Shown here piece after piece: positions 1 through 12,130 of a stretch of DNA of 64,000 bases. Source of the DNA: Camelus ferus (Eukaryota); the NCBI RefSeq assembly GCF_009834535.1, contig NC_045697.1:20214001-20278000 (forward strand). The letters are read 5' to 3'. Position numbers and translations under genes: made by a program. Position 1 is the first letter of the stretch. Every line of letters begins with the position of its first letter. Under the pieces are notes generated by a model, which searched no databases, was not told the DNA's origin, and saw only the letters and a list, made by a program, of their open reading frames with translations.

Positions 1-665
1 AATTAAATGGGATATCCTAAATTAAATGTGATTCATTTTTCCTTGGGGAAGACAAACCTGTATAGTTTAGTATATAGCACTGACCCTAGTATGCAACCTT
101 TTCCATATTGTAAAAGGATTATCTTATATCTATTCATCCTTCCTCAATTATCTCTTGATATATTATCTCCCATATTTATATTTCATGAGAAAGATAAATG
201 CATTCCAACTGGAACTCTATCTTTACACCATCAAATCTATCTGCATGTCAGTCTCTCTGCTTTCTCCTCTTTACATTGGATGAAATGTCTTCATTTCTGT
301 CAAAGGCCATCTCTTTAACTTGCTTGTCTTCTCGAGGGTTTCATTAACATGGTTACCCTCTGTTACAAATTATTCATTTCTTCCCTCTCCTGGATGATGC
401 TTGTGTTAACTTCCTATTCCTGCTGTGAAATTTCTACAAATGTAGTGTCTTAAACAACAGAAATTTATTATCTAACAATTCTGGATATCAGAAGTCCAAA
501 ACCAATTTTAGTAGACTAAATTCAAATGAAACCAAAATAAAATCTGAGGACTTTAAGAAGAACATGTTTCTCCACCTTTTGCTGCTTCTAGAGATGAGCC
601 ACAGTCCTTGGCTGCATCACTCCAATCTCTGTTTCCATTGTCACATTTCCTTCTATGACTCTGAC

Positions 666-2956
666 CGTCTTAGTCCATTCAGGCTGCTGTAACAAAACAC
701 AATAGACTGGGTGGCTTATCAACAAGATAAATGTATTTTTTATAATTTTCGAGTTGGAAAGTCCAAGATAACATCACCATCTTCCTGGCTCATAGGTGTC
801 TGTCTTCTCCCTTTGTCCTCACATGCTGGAAAGGCTGAGGGAACTCTGGGGGCCTCTTTTATGAAGGCACTAACCCAATCATGAGGGCTCCACCCTTATG
901 ACCTAGTCGCCTATCAAAGACCCTCCTTCCAAATAACATATATTAGGCATTAGGATTTAGCTTGTGAATACGGGGAGAATATAAACACTCAGTCTGCCCA
1001 TGGCCTCCTTCTCTTCTGCAAAATGTATTCATTCCATCCTAGTAGCTTTAAAAATCTTTAACGCTTTCCGGCATCAACTTTAATGTCTAAATGTAAAGTT
1101 GCATGTAAATACCGTCTAAATCAGATACGGTGAGATTTAAGGCAAGAGTCATCTAGAGGCAAATTCTTCTCTAGCTGTACATCTGTGAAACCAAACTGTT
1201 ATGTGCTTCCAAACTACAATGGTGGGGCAGGCATATGATAGCCAGCTATTCCAAAAGGGAGAAATAGAAGAAAGGAGGGACAGGTCCCAAATAACAGAGC
1301 AAAGTTCATTAAACCTTAAGGCTTGAGAGTAACTCTTCTGGCTTGGTACTTAGCCCTCCAGACCCACAGTGGCTACAGTCCTGCCCCTTCAGCTCTCATG
1401 GTTGGGGGTTGCATGCCTGTGGCTCTCCTAGGCAGCAATTCTGCCTCCACTGCTCTTCTGGGGTCATGAAGATGACTCTGCCCCCATAGATCTGCTGGCA
1501 TTGTCCCAAATGGGCTCTCCATGGTGGCCCTGCTCTTTAAAGTTAAGGTGAAGGCAGCCACACCCACCAGGCCCTTTCCCTCCAGCAGAGAAGGTGCTGC
1601 AGGTGGCACCAAAGTTCGCAGCCTGTGCCCTCTGGAGGGGCAGTCACTGTAGCCAGAGCTGCATAAGGGCCTGCGGGAGCCACACCCAGGGCCGCTGAGG
1701 AGTGCTGCCCCTCCGTGCAGAAGGAGAGGTCCCCCGTGAGGTGGTGCCAGGCAGTGTGCTCTGGGTTCCCGAGGCTCTCGCTACCCCCTCCTTTGAAACC
1801 AGTCTACCAGCAAGGTCCTTGTATTCTGGCCCTACGTGGAGAGGGACAGCTCTGATGATACTTGGTTGTCTTCAGGATCACTCTTCCATTGTCTTGGAGA
1901 ATAGCTCCTAGATTCCTTTGAGAACACAGATCCATACTAACCTCCTTATCAGATGGTTTCTTGGCCACATCCTTAGTGTTCTTCCCCCAAAGCTTTTCTC
2001 AGGATTTACAATATGCAAAGGCTGAGAATATGCCAAATCTTTAAGTTTAGTTTCCTTTCTGATGAACAATTCTACCTTTAAGCCATTTCTCTCTTTTCCC
2101 ATTTTAGTGTAAACAATCAAGAGGAGCCACCTGTACCTTCAGCCTTTACTTAGAAATATCTTCAGCTAAATATCCAATTCATTGCTTGCAAGGTCTACCT
2201 TCTGCAAAACGCCAGGACACAAACACAGTTCAGCCAAGTTTTTTTGCCACTTTGTAATAAAGATTGCCTTTTTCCCAATTTCCAATAACGTGTTCCTCAT
2301 GTCAGTCTGAGACTTCATCAGAATTACCTTCATTGTTCATATTTCTACTAACATTATTTAGTACTACTTAGATATTCTCTAAGAAGACTGAGGCCTTTTT
2401 TATAGCTCCCTCTTTTATTTCTGAGCCCCCACCAAAACTGCCCTTAATGGTCCATCGGCAATGCAGGCTTTTTCTAGTACGCCCCTCAAAACTCTTCTAG
2501 CTGCTACCCATTACCCAGCTTCAAAACCACTTTCATACTTCAAGGTATTTGTTACAGCAACACCCCACATCTCAGTACCAATTTCTGTCTTAGTCCATTC
2601 AGGCTGCCATACAAAAATATCAGAGACTGAACGGTGGCTTTTAAACAACAGAAATTTATTTCTCACAATTTTGGAGGCGAGGAAGTCCATGATAAAGGTG
2701 CTGGGAGTTTTGGTGTCTGGTGAGAGCCCACTTCCTGGTCATAGACAACTGTCTTCTTGTTGTGTCTTCACATGATGGAAAGGGTAAAGGAGCACTCTGG
2801 GACCTCCTTTATAAGGGCACTGATTCCATTCATGAGGGCCCCACCCTCATGACCTAATCGCCTTTAAAGGCCCCACCTCCAAATACCATCACACTGGGGG
2901 TTAGGATTTAACATATGAAATTGGAAGCAATGGGAACAAACATTCAGTCTATGGCA
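666..2956 (-). mobile_element. Full-length MaLR element (MLT1A/MLT1A0-like): 3' LTR 666-~995, internal region ~996-2585, 5' LTR 2586-2956
   Basis: Two homologous LTRs both start '(t/c)gtcttagtccattcaggctgc' and share 'catgagggc(t/c)ccaccct(t/c)atgaccta'. The internal region ends 'ccccacatctcagtaccaatttc'. Flanks are ctgac (661-665) and ctcac (2957-2961), a 5-bp TSD with one mismatch. Confidence 0.88.
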
Positions 2957-3108
2957 CTCACTCTACTGCTTCCGTCTTATAAGGACCCTTGTGATTATAT
3001 TGGGCCCACCAAGATGATCTAGGTTAATCTCTCAAGATCCTTAATTTAGTCACATCTTCAAAGTCCCTCTTGTCATTTAGGTAACATATTGACAGGGTCC
3101 TAGGGTGT

Positions 3109-3200
3109 TGTATTAGTCAGCATTCTCCAAGGAAACAGAACCAGTTAAGATGTGAGTGGTATGTGCTGTGTGTGTGTGTGCTTTGTGTGCATCTACCTAC

Positions 3201-3248
<48 letters not shown>

Positions 3249-3674
3249 GTATATAAGGAACTGACTGTCATAACTATGGAAACTGAAAAGTCCCAAGATC
3301 TAGCAATCTGGACACTGAGGAGAGTCAATGGTATAGCGCCAGTCAGTGTCTGAAGGCCTGAAAACCAGGACAGCAGATGGTATGAGCTCCTGTCTGAATC
3401 TGAATCTAAAGGCAGAAGACTCATGTTTCAGCTCAAAGACAGTCAGGCAGAGAGAATGAACTCTCTTATTCAACCATTTGTCCTCTTCTGGCTTTCAGCA
3501 GATTGGATGAAGCTCGCCCACACTGGGGAAGACAGTCTGCTTTACTTGTATCTGCCTCATCAATTGTTAATCTCACCCAGAAACACTCTGACACACACAC
3601 ACCCAGAATAATGTTTAAACGAATATCTGGGTGGACCCTATGGCCCAGTTAAGTACACATAAAATTAGCCAGCA
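3109..3674 (-). mobile_element. MLT2 (ERVL) solo LTR containing a (TATC)n microsatellite at ~3200-3248
   Basis: 'tgtattagtcagcattctccaaggaaacagaacca' ... 'cacccagaaataatgtttaa...ggcccagttaagtacacataaaattagcc' are MLT2 hallmark termini. Confidence 0.85.
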
Positions 3675-4519
3675 GAGATGTGGACATGTTTAGGGGACCA
3701 TTTTCAGCCTACCACAGTTCCTATAAGCACAAAACATGCTCTAGCATAATTAGTTTATTGATGCCACATTCTCCTCCAGTTTACTTCCTGTTTCTCTACA
3801 TCCATAACATGTAAACTTAAACAATTCTGTATTTTCTCTCAAGCATTATAATTCATTCTCCACTAAACCCTCTTTAAGTAGAATTTGGGCCCCTCCATTC
3901 CACTTACTTATCTTTTATCAGGGCAAAAATGACCTTCAAGTTGTCATGTATAATGACCACTTCTCTGTTCTCATCTTACTAAAACTCACACACCACTGCC
4001 TCAGACTCTCCCTTCTTGATGTCTACAAGGGGAACTTCTCATCATTCAGGTTTCAGTCTGAATGTAACATTAAAGAGATGGCTTCTTAAATTAGACGCCC
4101 CTCAGACTTCAGGCTTTTTTTGACAATACTCATACGTCTGAAATAATCTTTTTTGTTCATTAGTTTACATAGTTATTAACTTCTGCCTTCTCTCCTACTA
4201 GAACAGAAGATGGGAAAGAAAGGAGATGTGTTTGTCTTCATAATGTTTTATTCCAAGTGTCAAAAACGATGCCTGATACACATGAGTGAATGACAGGCTC
4301 TTTTTGCAATTTGTAGGATATCACTATCAAATTTGTATCTAATAGATATATTAAAATTAGAGTTATAGTAGTCAAAGGATACGAATCTAATTTAAGGTGA
4401 TATTGCATTTTATTATAACTAAAACTAATTTAAAAATTGGTTCCAAGAAAGAGTTTATGCTAAATTGAAAACAGACTCTAGTGATGGAATCGATAGGATA
4501 GCCAATGGAGAATGATTAT

Positions 4520-4622
4520 AGATAGATAGATAGACAGATAGACAGACAGACACATACACACACACATATATGGTTAGACACAATATACATATATATAGAC
4601 ATGTCTATATGTATACATATAT
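4520..4622. repeat. Compound (GATA/GACA)-(CA)-(TA) microsatellite
   Basis: 'gatagatagatagacagatagacagacagacacatacacacacacatata...' read directly. Confidence 0.85.
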
Positions 4623-5316
4623 TACTGTTGTGTATATTTATCTTGATATTTTAAAAATAAAAATTTTTGTGAATACAATCTAAAATCATCATCTAAGAAC
4701 AGTTTTGTAAGATTTCATTCAAATTTATTCAATTCTTGAAGAAAAATTTATTTTTTGTACACCGACATTTGCTCCTGGAATAATATCCATTGTTAAGGGC
4801 TAAGGTTATAGCCACTTGAAATTTTAATATAATTTAAATTTTTGGAAATAATTAAGTCTTCTGGAAGTTCAGATTATAAAATGACCATACATTTTTTTAA
4901 TAGATGCTCAAGCTGTCAAGAAAAATTTGTGTTTGATTTTCCATGGGTTAAACTCATAATGAGAATTTCTACAGTTAACAAGGCCAACAGTAAAAAAAAA
5001 AAAAATTGAAGTTTTAAATTGTTACCAGTACATAGTGATCATTATAATGGGCAAAGAAGAATATACAAAACTGAATTTTGTCAAGTAAAGACTTTCTGAG
5101 TGCTTTATACCATGGGATGTCTAGGGGAAAACATTAAAATTTAATTTGTGCCTTTTCTTATTATAATTTGGAAAATATTGAATGGAGAAAATAATTAAAG
5201 TTATTTGAAGCAGAAGAAATGTAAAATATTTCAACTTGAGATAAATTTTACAAATAATAATTTTGATTTAATATAAAGTATAGTTTAATGTTGCAAATGT
5301 GCAAATATGCAGGAGT

Positions 5317-6180
5317 TGTGGATTTTATTTGTGTCTTCTCTAAGGGCTATTTCACAGTTCCACAGGTAAATCTCCCATGAGACTTACCCCCCACCTCAGA
5401 TGCCAATTGCAAGTGGTAGGTCTCCAGGTTCCCATGACCTCCTCTCCCTTGGATTTGATTATCTGCAAGGATAGTTCACAGAGCTCAGGGAAACACTTAG
5501 GGCTAACAGTTTACTACATAATAAACGATATAATAAAGAATACAGTTGGATAGCCAGATGACGAGATACAAAGGGCCCGTGCTGGCTCAGTCCTGAGTGC
5601 TGGAGCTTCTGTCTTTGTGGAGGTAGAGGGCATCACCCTCCTGGTACCTGCATGTGTTTGCCAATCTGGAAAGTCTCCAAAACCCACACTATTAAGAATT
5701 TTGTGAAGGCTTTATCAGTAGTCATGATCAATCATTAATTCCATTTCCAGCCCCTCTCCTTTCTCTGGTGAATAGGGAATGGGTCTGACAGTTTCAAGCT
5801 TCTAACCTTGGTTTAGTCTTTCTGGAGCCTCTATCCAGTGAGCATCTAGGACACCAAACCCCACTCAGAGTCACCTTGTTAAAACCAAAGACTTCCCTAT
5901 CACTGTGGAAATTTCAAGGGGTTTAAGAGTCCTGTGTCAGGAACCTGGGTCAAAGACTAAATATTAGAACAAAAGATGCTCCTAGTGTTCTTATGATTTA
6001 GGAAATTACAAGGGTTTTAAGAGCTGTGTGCCTGGAACTAGGGTCAAAAATTAAATGTTAGAATGGAAGATTCTGCTAACACCCCTATTTACAAACATTC
6101 TAGGAACCCTGTGTCAAGAACCAGGAGTAGACTCACACATATATATACATATATAGATATGTATTTCTTATTATCTCATA
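5317..6180 (-). mobile_element. MER21-like ERVL LTR
   Basis: 'cctcagatgccaattgcaagt', internal ~95-bp repeats 'ggaaatt(t/a)caaggg(g/t)tttaagag...tgtg..ggaac..gggtcaaa' at ~5907 and ~6001, terminus 'tatttcttattatctcata'. Confidence 0.75.
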
Positions 6181-6189
6181 TTTACTATT

Positions 6190-7025
6190 GATAAAAATTC
6201 AAAATTTGAAGCAAGAATTATAATTTTGGAAAAGTTGTATGTGCCAGTCTAGACTTGACAACTTCCCAACACTTAAGAGACTTTTCTGGTGAGGTCAATG
6301 ATAATTTGAATAATGTTTGCGTTGTGTAATAAAATGTCTTCTATTTTAGAAAATCTATATATGTCAGTGACAAATGAATGATGTTATAAATTCATGCATG
6401 AGTAAAATATCCATTTTAAGTTGAAGATAAATCAATGGATTTTAATGTCACATTATGAAACTTTTTTAATATGGTTTCAGATTCCACATTGCAAGTAACT
6501 TTAAGAAAATATTGTTGCATAGTTTTGGTGTAGTAGCCAAGAAGAACATCCACAGTTATTAAAAATTCAATTTAAATGTTCCTCTATTTTCAAAATATTT
6601 ATGTACGTGAGTCTTCATTTTCTTTATACACTCCAAGCCAAACATTTCACTCCATATTAAATGCAGCTGCAGGTAAAAGAATTCAGTGTTTTTCTATTGA
6701 GCCAGAAATGAAGGAGATTTATAAAAATATAAAACAGTGCCAGTCTTCTCACTTTTTTTGCTTTATAAAATATGATTATGTTTTATAAAAATGTATATTA
6801 TTTACATTAGCATCTAATAGATGTGTTGATATTTAGAAGTACTTGGTAAATATGTATGTTTGAATTTTAAATCACTTTAAAATTTAAATTTTTTAAATTA
6901 TATTTTATTTCCAATCTGCTAAATATCAGTTAAGTATAACACATATGAATAAAAGCTCTTTGGGATCCTCAACAATTTTAAGGAATGTAAAAATTTCCTG
7001 AGAACAAAATAGTCAAGAAACATTT
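6190..7025 (+). mobile_element. Charlie1-like hAT DNA transposon, 3' part with degraded transposase C-terminus
   Basis: ORF 6576-6788 'ESSFSLYTPSQTFHSILNAAAGKRIQCFSIEPEMKEIYKNIKQCQSSH' resembles the hAT dimerisation C-terminus; also 'atggtttcagattccacattgcaa..aactttaagaaa'. Confidence 0.8.
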
Positions 7026-8526
7026 ATCTATAGCAGTAATTTTAACATTCTTTTGAAGTTCAGTGCTTCCCCCACAACACAACCTTTCCTGAAATTGCAA
7101 TAAATCAAAGAGATAATGTGGAGTTGCTCTGTTGGAAGTTACAAAATCCTGGCAGCTAAGTGGCTCTCACTCATACATATAATCCCTACTAACTAGATAT
7201 GAAATAGATGGAAAGATACTGGTTTATATGGATGTGACTCATATACCCCTGTGCAAATATGGTTAAACTGATTTGATGGCAAGGCTAGTACATGTAAATG
7301 TGCACGGATTATGTGACCTGATATGCATACGACATGCATTTCATTGCAGGATCATACTGATATTTTGATTCACTGTAAATATGAAAAGGCAATTATTCCA
7401 CATCAGCCTGATTACAAATAGTTCAATCAAATTGTATATAGGCAGAGTGACACTGTGTAAGCACATACCACACATTGATGCAGGATTTATATAATTACTT
7501 TATCAAACACAAATACAACACACTTTCACTTCATGAAAAATTTAGTACACTAAAAGGATTATATTGGTAAAATGGTTTGATTTTGAAAGAATATGAAATT
7601 ATTTCTACCTTTATTTACTGTCAACGTAATGCTTATCTTTCAATGAAACCAAATTGGGGGGACAGAATTCAGTATGTTTTAACATTCTAGATTTTTAAGT
7701 TCTTAATCAGGGTGCAAGTTCCTCACCAGAGGACTTTAAATGCATAGCATTCTAAGCATAGATTATAAAGAATGCACACAGAGGCATGTAACCAGGTGAT
7801 GTCTTGTACGATATATTGGCACGATGCTTTCTGTTGGCTCACAGAGGATTTTGCTCCACTGATTTGATGGCAGGTTGTCCTAGGTCGTATTTTAACAAGT
7901 TTCATTTCTGCTAACAGACGTGTTATCATTCTCTAGAGCTTTCTTCTCTGCACAGCATTTTCCAGAGGATGTATATGTGAGTGAGTGAGTGTGTGTATAA
8001 AATGCTACTCTTTATCATGCTGAGTATTCAGTGGGCAAGGTCACTTTTAAAAGCAGTCCCTTTAGTATTGATAGAGCTGTCTCCTCTGACTTGTTTCTCT
8101 TAAAATATTGGGTAATGGATGTCTACAGGTGATTTTTAAAAATAGGGACATTATTCAGAGATTAGAGCATTATAGCCTCCCTTACCTGTGTGAGAAGGTG
8201 CCAGTCTGATGTGTGATGGATGGTCTTATAAAGCATTAGGGGTATCTCTGTATGCAATGTCTTTGACCACATGGGAAGTAAAATCAATATACGTGCTAAT
8301 ATGGCATGCAGCAAAGGTCTATCAGAATAGCTTGTTGATTCAGTAGTTTTAAATGGTTTCTATGTAATAAATGCCACAAAGCAATAATAATAGTGTGATT
8401 TTTCTAGTCTTCAGAATGACAGGCACGTGACTGATAATACTGTGTGGTTTGAGATTGGAGTGGGAAGAGAGCTCTGCTGGTTCATGTGTCAGAGGAGCCA
8501 TTGAGGGGGATTTCTTCCCAATGGAG

Positions 8527-8781
8527 TGCTATTGGTTGAATTGTGCCCCACCCCCCAAGCAATATATATAAAAGTCCTAACCACCAGTAACTCAGAGTGT
8601 GGCCTTAATTGGAAATAAGATGTCTGGAGTAGGATGTTAATAAGATGGAATAAATAAGATGACTGGAGTAGGATGGCCCCTAATGCAATATGACTGGTGT
8701 CCTTGTAAGAGGAGAGTACCACATGAAGACATGGAAACACATAGGAGGAAGATAATGTAAAGAGACAAGGGAGAAGCCATG
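8527..8781 (+). mobile_element. MLT1B/C-like MaLR LTR, 5' half only
   Basis: 'tgctattggttgaattgtgcccc...gtgtggccttaattggaaataag...cctaatgcaatatgactggtgtccttgtaagagg', cut abruptly at 8781. Confidence 0.8.
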
Positions 8782-10574
8782 CTTCAAATCTGAATAATAG
8801 CCTTGACAGGTAGAATAACTTTGGTTATAACTGTTTCTCCTTTCATTCATTTAAATATATTGTGCTACTTCTTCTGGCCTGCAGAGTTCCTGTTGAAGTC
8901 AGCTGATAGCTTTATAGCCTTAGATGTTCCCTTGTACATAGATTGTTCCTTTTCCCTTTCTACTTTTAATATTCTCTCTTTAAGTTTTTGCCACTTTAAT
9001 GACAGTGTGTCTTGGTGTGGTCTTTGAGTTGGTCCTGTTTGGGGCTCTGTGCTTCATGGACCTGGATGTCCTTTTCCTTCCCCAGGTTAGGGAAGTTTTC
9101 AGCTATTATGTCTTCAATTATGGTCTCTGCCCATTTCTCTTTCTGTTTTCTCTTTCTAGGACCCCTATAATGTGAATGTTAATGTGCTTGATATTTTCCT
9201 AGAGGACTCTTAAACTGTCCTAATTTCTTTTCATTCTTTTTTCTTTTTCCTGTTCACCTTGGGTGATTTCTACTACTTTGTCTTTCAGCACATTGACCTG
9301 TTCCTCTGTGTCATTTAATCTACTGTTGATTGTTTCCGGTGTATTTTTAAGTTCAGTTATCGTATGCTTCATCTCTGGTTTTTCTTTATATTTTCTACCT
9401 GTTTGTTAAAGTTCTCACTGTGTTTGTACATTCTTCTTTTGAATTCTTTGAGCATCTTTCTGATCATTGCCTTGAACTCGATGTAGGGTAAGATACCTAT
9501 CTCCACTTCATTTCATTCTTCTAGGGTTTTATTTTGATCCTTCATTTGGAAGATTTTCTTCTGCCACCTCATTTTTCATAATTTGCTGTTTTCATTTCTA
9601 TATGTCTTGTAGGTTGGTTATGTTTCCTGACCTCGTTGAAGTGTCCTTCTGTAGAAGATATGCTGTGCATCCCAGCAGCACGCTCCCTCTGGTCATCGAA
9701 TCTACATGCTCCAGGGGTGCCCCCGTTTGGGCTGTGTGTGGTGGAGGGTTAATTATGTGGGCAGCCCGGTAGGCGTGGCTGGCCCCTGGTCTGGTTGGTT
9801 GCCAGGCCCTGCCTTGTGCATTGAATGGCAGCTGCTGGTTGGTGGGGCCAGATCTGTAGTGGGTGACTGAGATCAGGGGATTGAGAATTTAGTGTCAGTC
9901 TTCTGTGGGCCAGTTTCTGTGGATCCCAGGGTGTCCCAAAGCTGGTTTTGGCCTCCTGGTGAGTGGGGTTGGAGCCTAGGGGTCCAAGGTGTGTCCAAGA
10001 TGTTTCCAAGCTGTTACTGGCCTGCTGGCGTATGGGGCTGGGGCCCAGGGAGTCCAGAGGCTAGTGCTGGCTCACTAGTGGGTGAAACTTGGTTCCTGGG
10101 TCTCTGGTTTCAGGGCCCTGGGGGTCCCAGAGTTGATGTTGGTCTGCTCGTGGTTGGGCTGGATCCTGGTATGGGAGGTCACAGGGCTATGGTGGTCCCT
10201 GAGCTGGTGTCTGCCCACTGGTGGGCAGGGCTGGGGCCCAGGGGATCCCAGGGCTGATTCTGGAGGCTTATCTTCCCAGTACTGAACCCCCAGGCTGGGG
10301 AACCCAATGTGGGGCTCAGACGATTTACTCCTTGGAGAAAACTTCTGCAATTGTAATTATCCTGCCATTTGTGGGTCACCCACTAGGGGTACAGGTCTTG
10401 ACTGTACCTGTCTCCACCTTCTCACCTGTCCTTCTTTGTATCTTTAGTTGTAGGCAAACTTTTCTGTTAGTTTTCAAGTTTTTCTCAACAATAGTTGCTC
10501 CAGACATTGTTGCAATTTTGGTGTGTTTGTCGAAGGAGGTGAGCTCAGGGTCTTCTTCCTGGGCCATCTTGCTC
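8782..10574 (-). mobile_element. Older LINE-1: 5'UTR plus degraded ORF1, 3'-truncated (no ORF2, no polyA)
   Basis: Minus-strand 5' end 'gagcaagatggcc' (YY1-type motif), GC-rich UTR ~9700-10570, antisense ORF1 text ('gggaagttttcagctattatgtcttca', 'ttctggcctgcagagttcctgttgaagtcagctgatag') paralleling 46400-46800. Confidence 0.85.
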
Positions 10575-11979
10575 ATTTTCTCGTTAATATTTTAGACGTA
10601 TTTTGTTTTTTAATCTTTTGGGCACTTGAAGTTTTCCTAACAACATGGTATGTGCCAGATATGGTATAATTATTTTATATTACTTATCCTTTTAATGTAA
10701 TTCTTCCAATGGCCTTCTGAGATAGGCATTATTTTCTGTGTATTTATAGCTCAAGCTGAGATGTGACGTCATAGTCAGCATTTAAGTGCAACTTTGCATG
10801 ATATCAAATTCTGTTGTTGTCCCTGCTCTAAAAAGCCTCCTTTTTATTTATACGTAAATCAAATATCCAGGCTGGCCTTAAGGGTTCCAGAGATCCCTGA
10901 GAAATTTATACATACAGTTATCTATGCCTCAGACAGTTACCATCGTCTGTCAATAAATCTTCTAGGCTCTCCGAAACATAAACATCAATAGTAATTTTGG
11001 ATTGTAATTTAATGGTAATACTAATCCTATTTTGTTTCACTAGGAGAAATCTTTGAAGTTAACATTAAGTTATTATCTGAGGGGGAAAAAAATGCACTGC
11101 CCTCCTGACACATGAACTAGCGGCAGTGTACGCAGCGTGTATTTGTAACCGACAGTGCCTATGGCTCCATTTAGGTCTGATTCATCAGTCATGTCATCTT
11201 CTGAAAGTACTAGAAATAGAGGCAAAGCTGGAGTGCCTTTTGAGATGTCCTTTTACACTTCCATAAGGTTATAGTACATCCATTAATACGGATGACAAAG
11301 GGAATGTCATCTGAGTTGAGTGAATGGATGCCAAGACACTAAAAGCCCCATTGTCTCGGGTGAAGGGGCAAATGTGCAGCCTTGGGAAATGGAAATTTCC
11401 AGTTCCCTCTCTTATGTGGTCACACATGATGCACATTGTCCTTGCAGATTTGTAAGAAAGATGGTCATCAACCACCAAATAACATGACATATGTATCTAG
11501 ACCTTGAAGTTAGCCCATATCAGTCTTCATCTGTTCCCAGCTGATGGGCTCTGTCTTATAATAAATGTCAGTTGCCTGGAAGTGTGAAGCCACAGTGGGT
11601 TTCCAGGGCCAAGACAGGCCCCAAATAAGGTCATGCTTAGAAGAACACGGGAAAGGTGTCAGAATTTTGTATGTGACATTTTAGCAGAATTGGTTGCTTG
11701 GAAATTGTGTGCTGGTGAAGAGTCACATTAGAGTCAAACCACCTCTGCCATAACAAGAATAAAAGTAAAACTGAGAAAACATAGGACATTTGATGTCAGT
11801 GAACATCAAATAATCTCTAGTAATAAATAATCTCTAAAGCAGTTAGAAGTAGAAATACATGAAATAAGCAGAGATGTTGAAGGAGAAATATACTGAATAT
11901 TTGTAGCCTCCATTTTCTGGGTAAAAGCCCACTGAGCTAAGGGAAGACTTTGGAAACCTAAGGGTGTGTTTTACTAGAG

Positions 11980-12130
11980 CAGTTTTTCTCTAAGATTGTT
12001 CATGGCTCATCTTTGGAGCTGGTTAAAAATTCAGAATTCAGGGCCCACTTCAGATTTAACGACTCTGAATTGTTAGGAATGAAGGCTGGAAATCTTGATT
12101 TGAAGTAAGCTCATAGTTGATTCTCACTGA
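11980..12130. mobile_element. MER5A-like hAT MITE
   Basis: 'ggagctggttaaaaattcagaattcagggccc...gactctgaa...ggctggaaatcttgatttg..aagctc'. Confidence 0.6.

Larger units (their letters stand above)
402..3716 (-). mobile_element. Older MaLR LTR (MLT1C/D-like) split into three pieces: 402-665, 2957-3108, 3675-3716
   Basis: Starts 'tgtgttaacttcctattcctgctgt...cttaaacaacagaaatttatt', resumes 'ataaggacccttgtgattatattgggcccacc', ends 'ggggaccattttcagcctaccaca'. These are typical antisense MLT1 LTR motifs. Confidence 0.75.
150..4295 (+). mobile_element. Ancient L2 LINE 3' region, fragmented (about 150-400 and 3720-4295), interrupted by nested LTR elements
   Basis: Pyrimidine-rich L2-like text on both sides of the LTR cluster, ending in an L2-type tail 'atgcctgatacacatgagtgaatga' near 4270-4293. 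Boundaries approximate. Confidence 0.55.

Noticed and set aside
5900..6125. ~95-bp tandem units resembling a spaced array
   Set aside because: Internal repeats of the MER21-type LTR; not CRISPR-like, and the context is eukaryotic.
9749..10595. Cluster of 66-124 aa ORFs
   Set aside because: GC-rich 5'UTR of the older L1; no known protein motifs.
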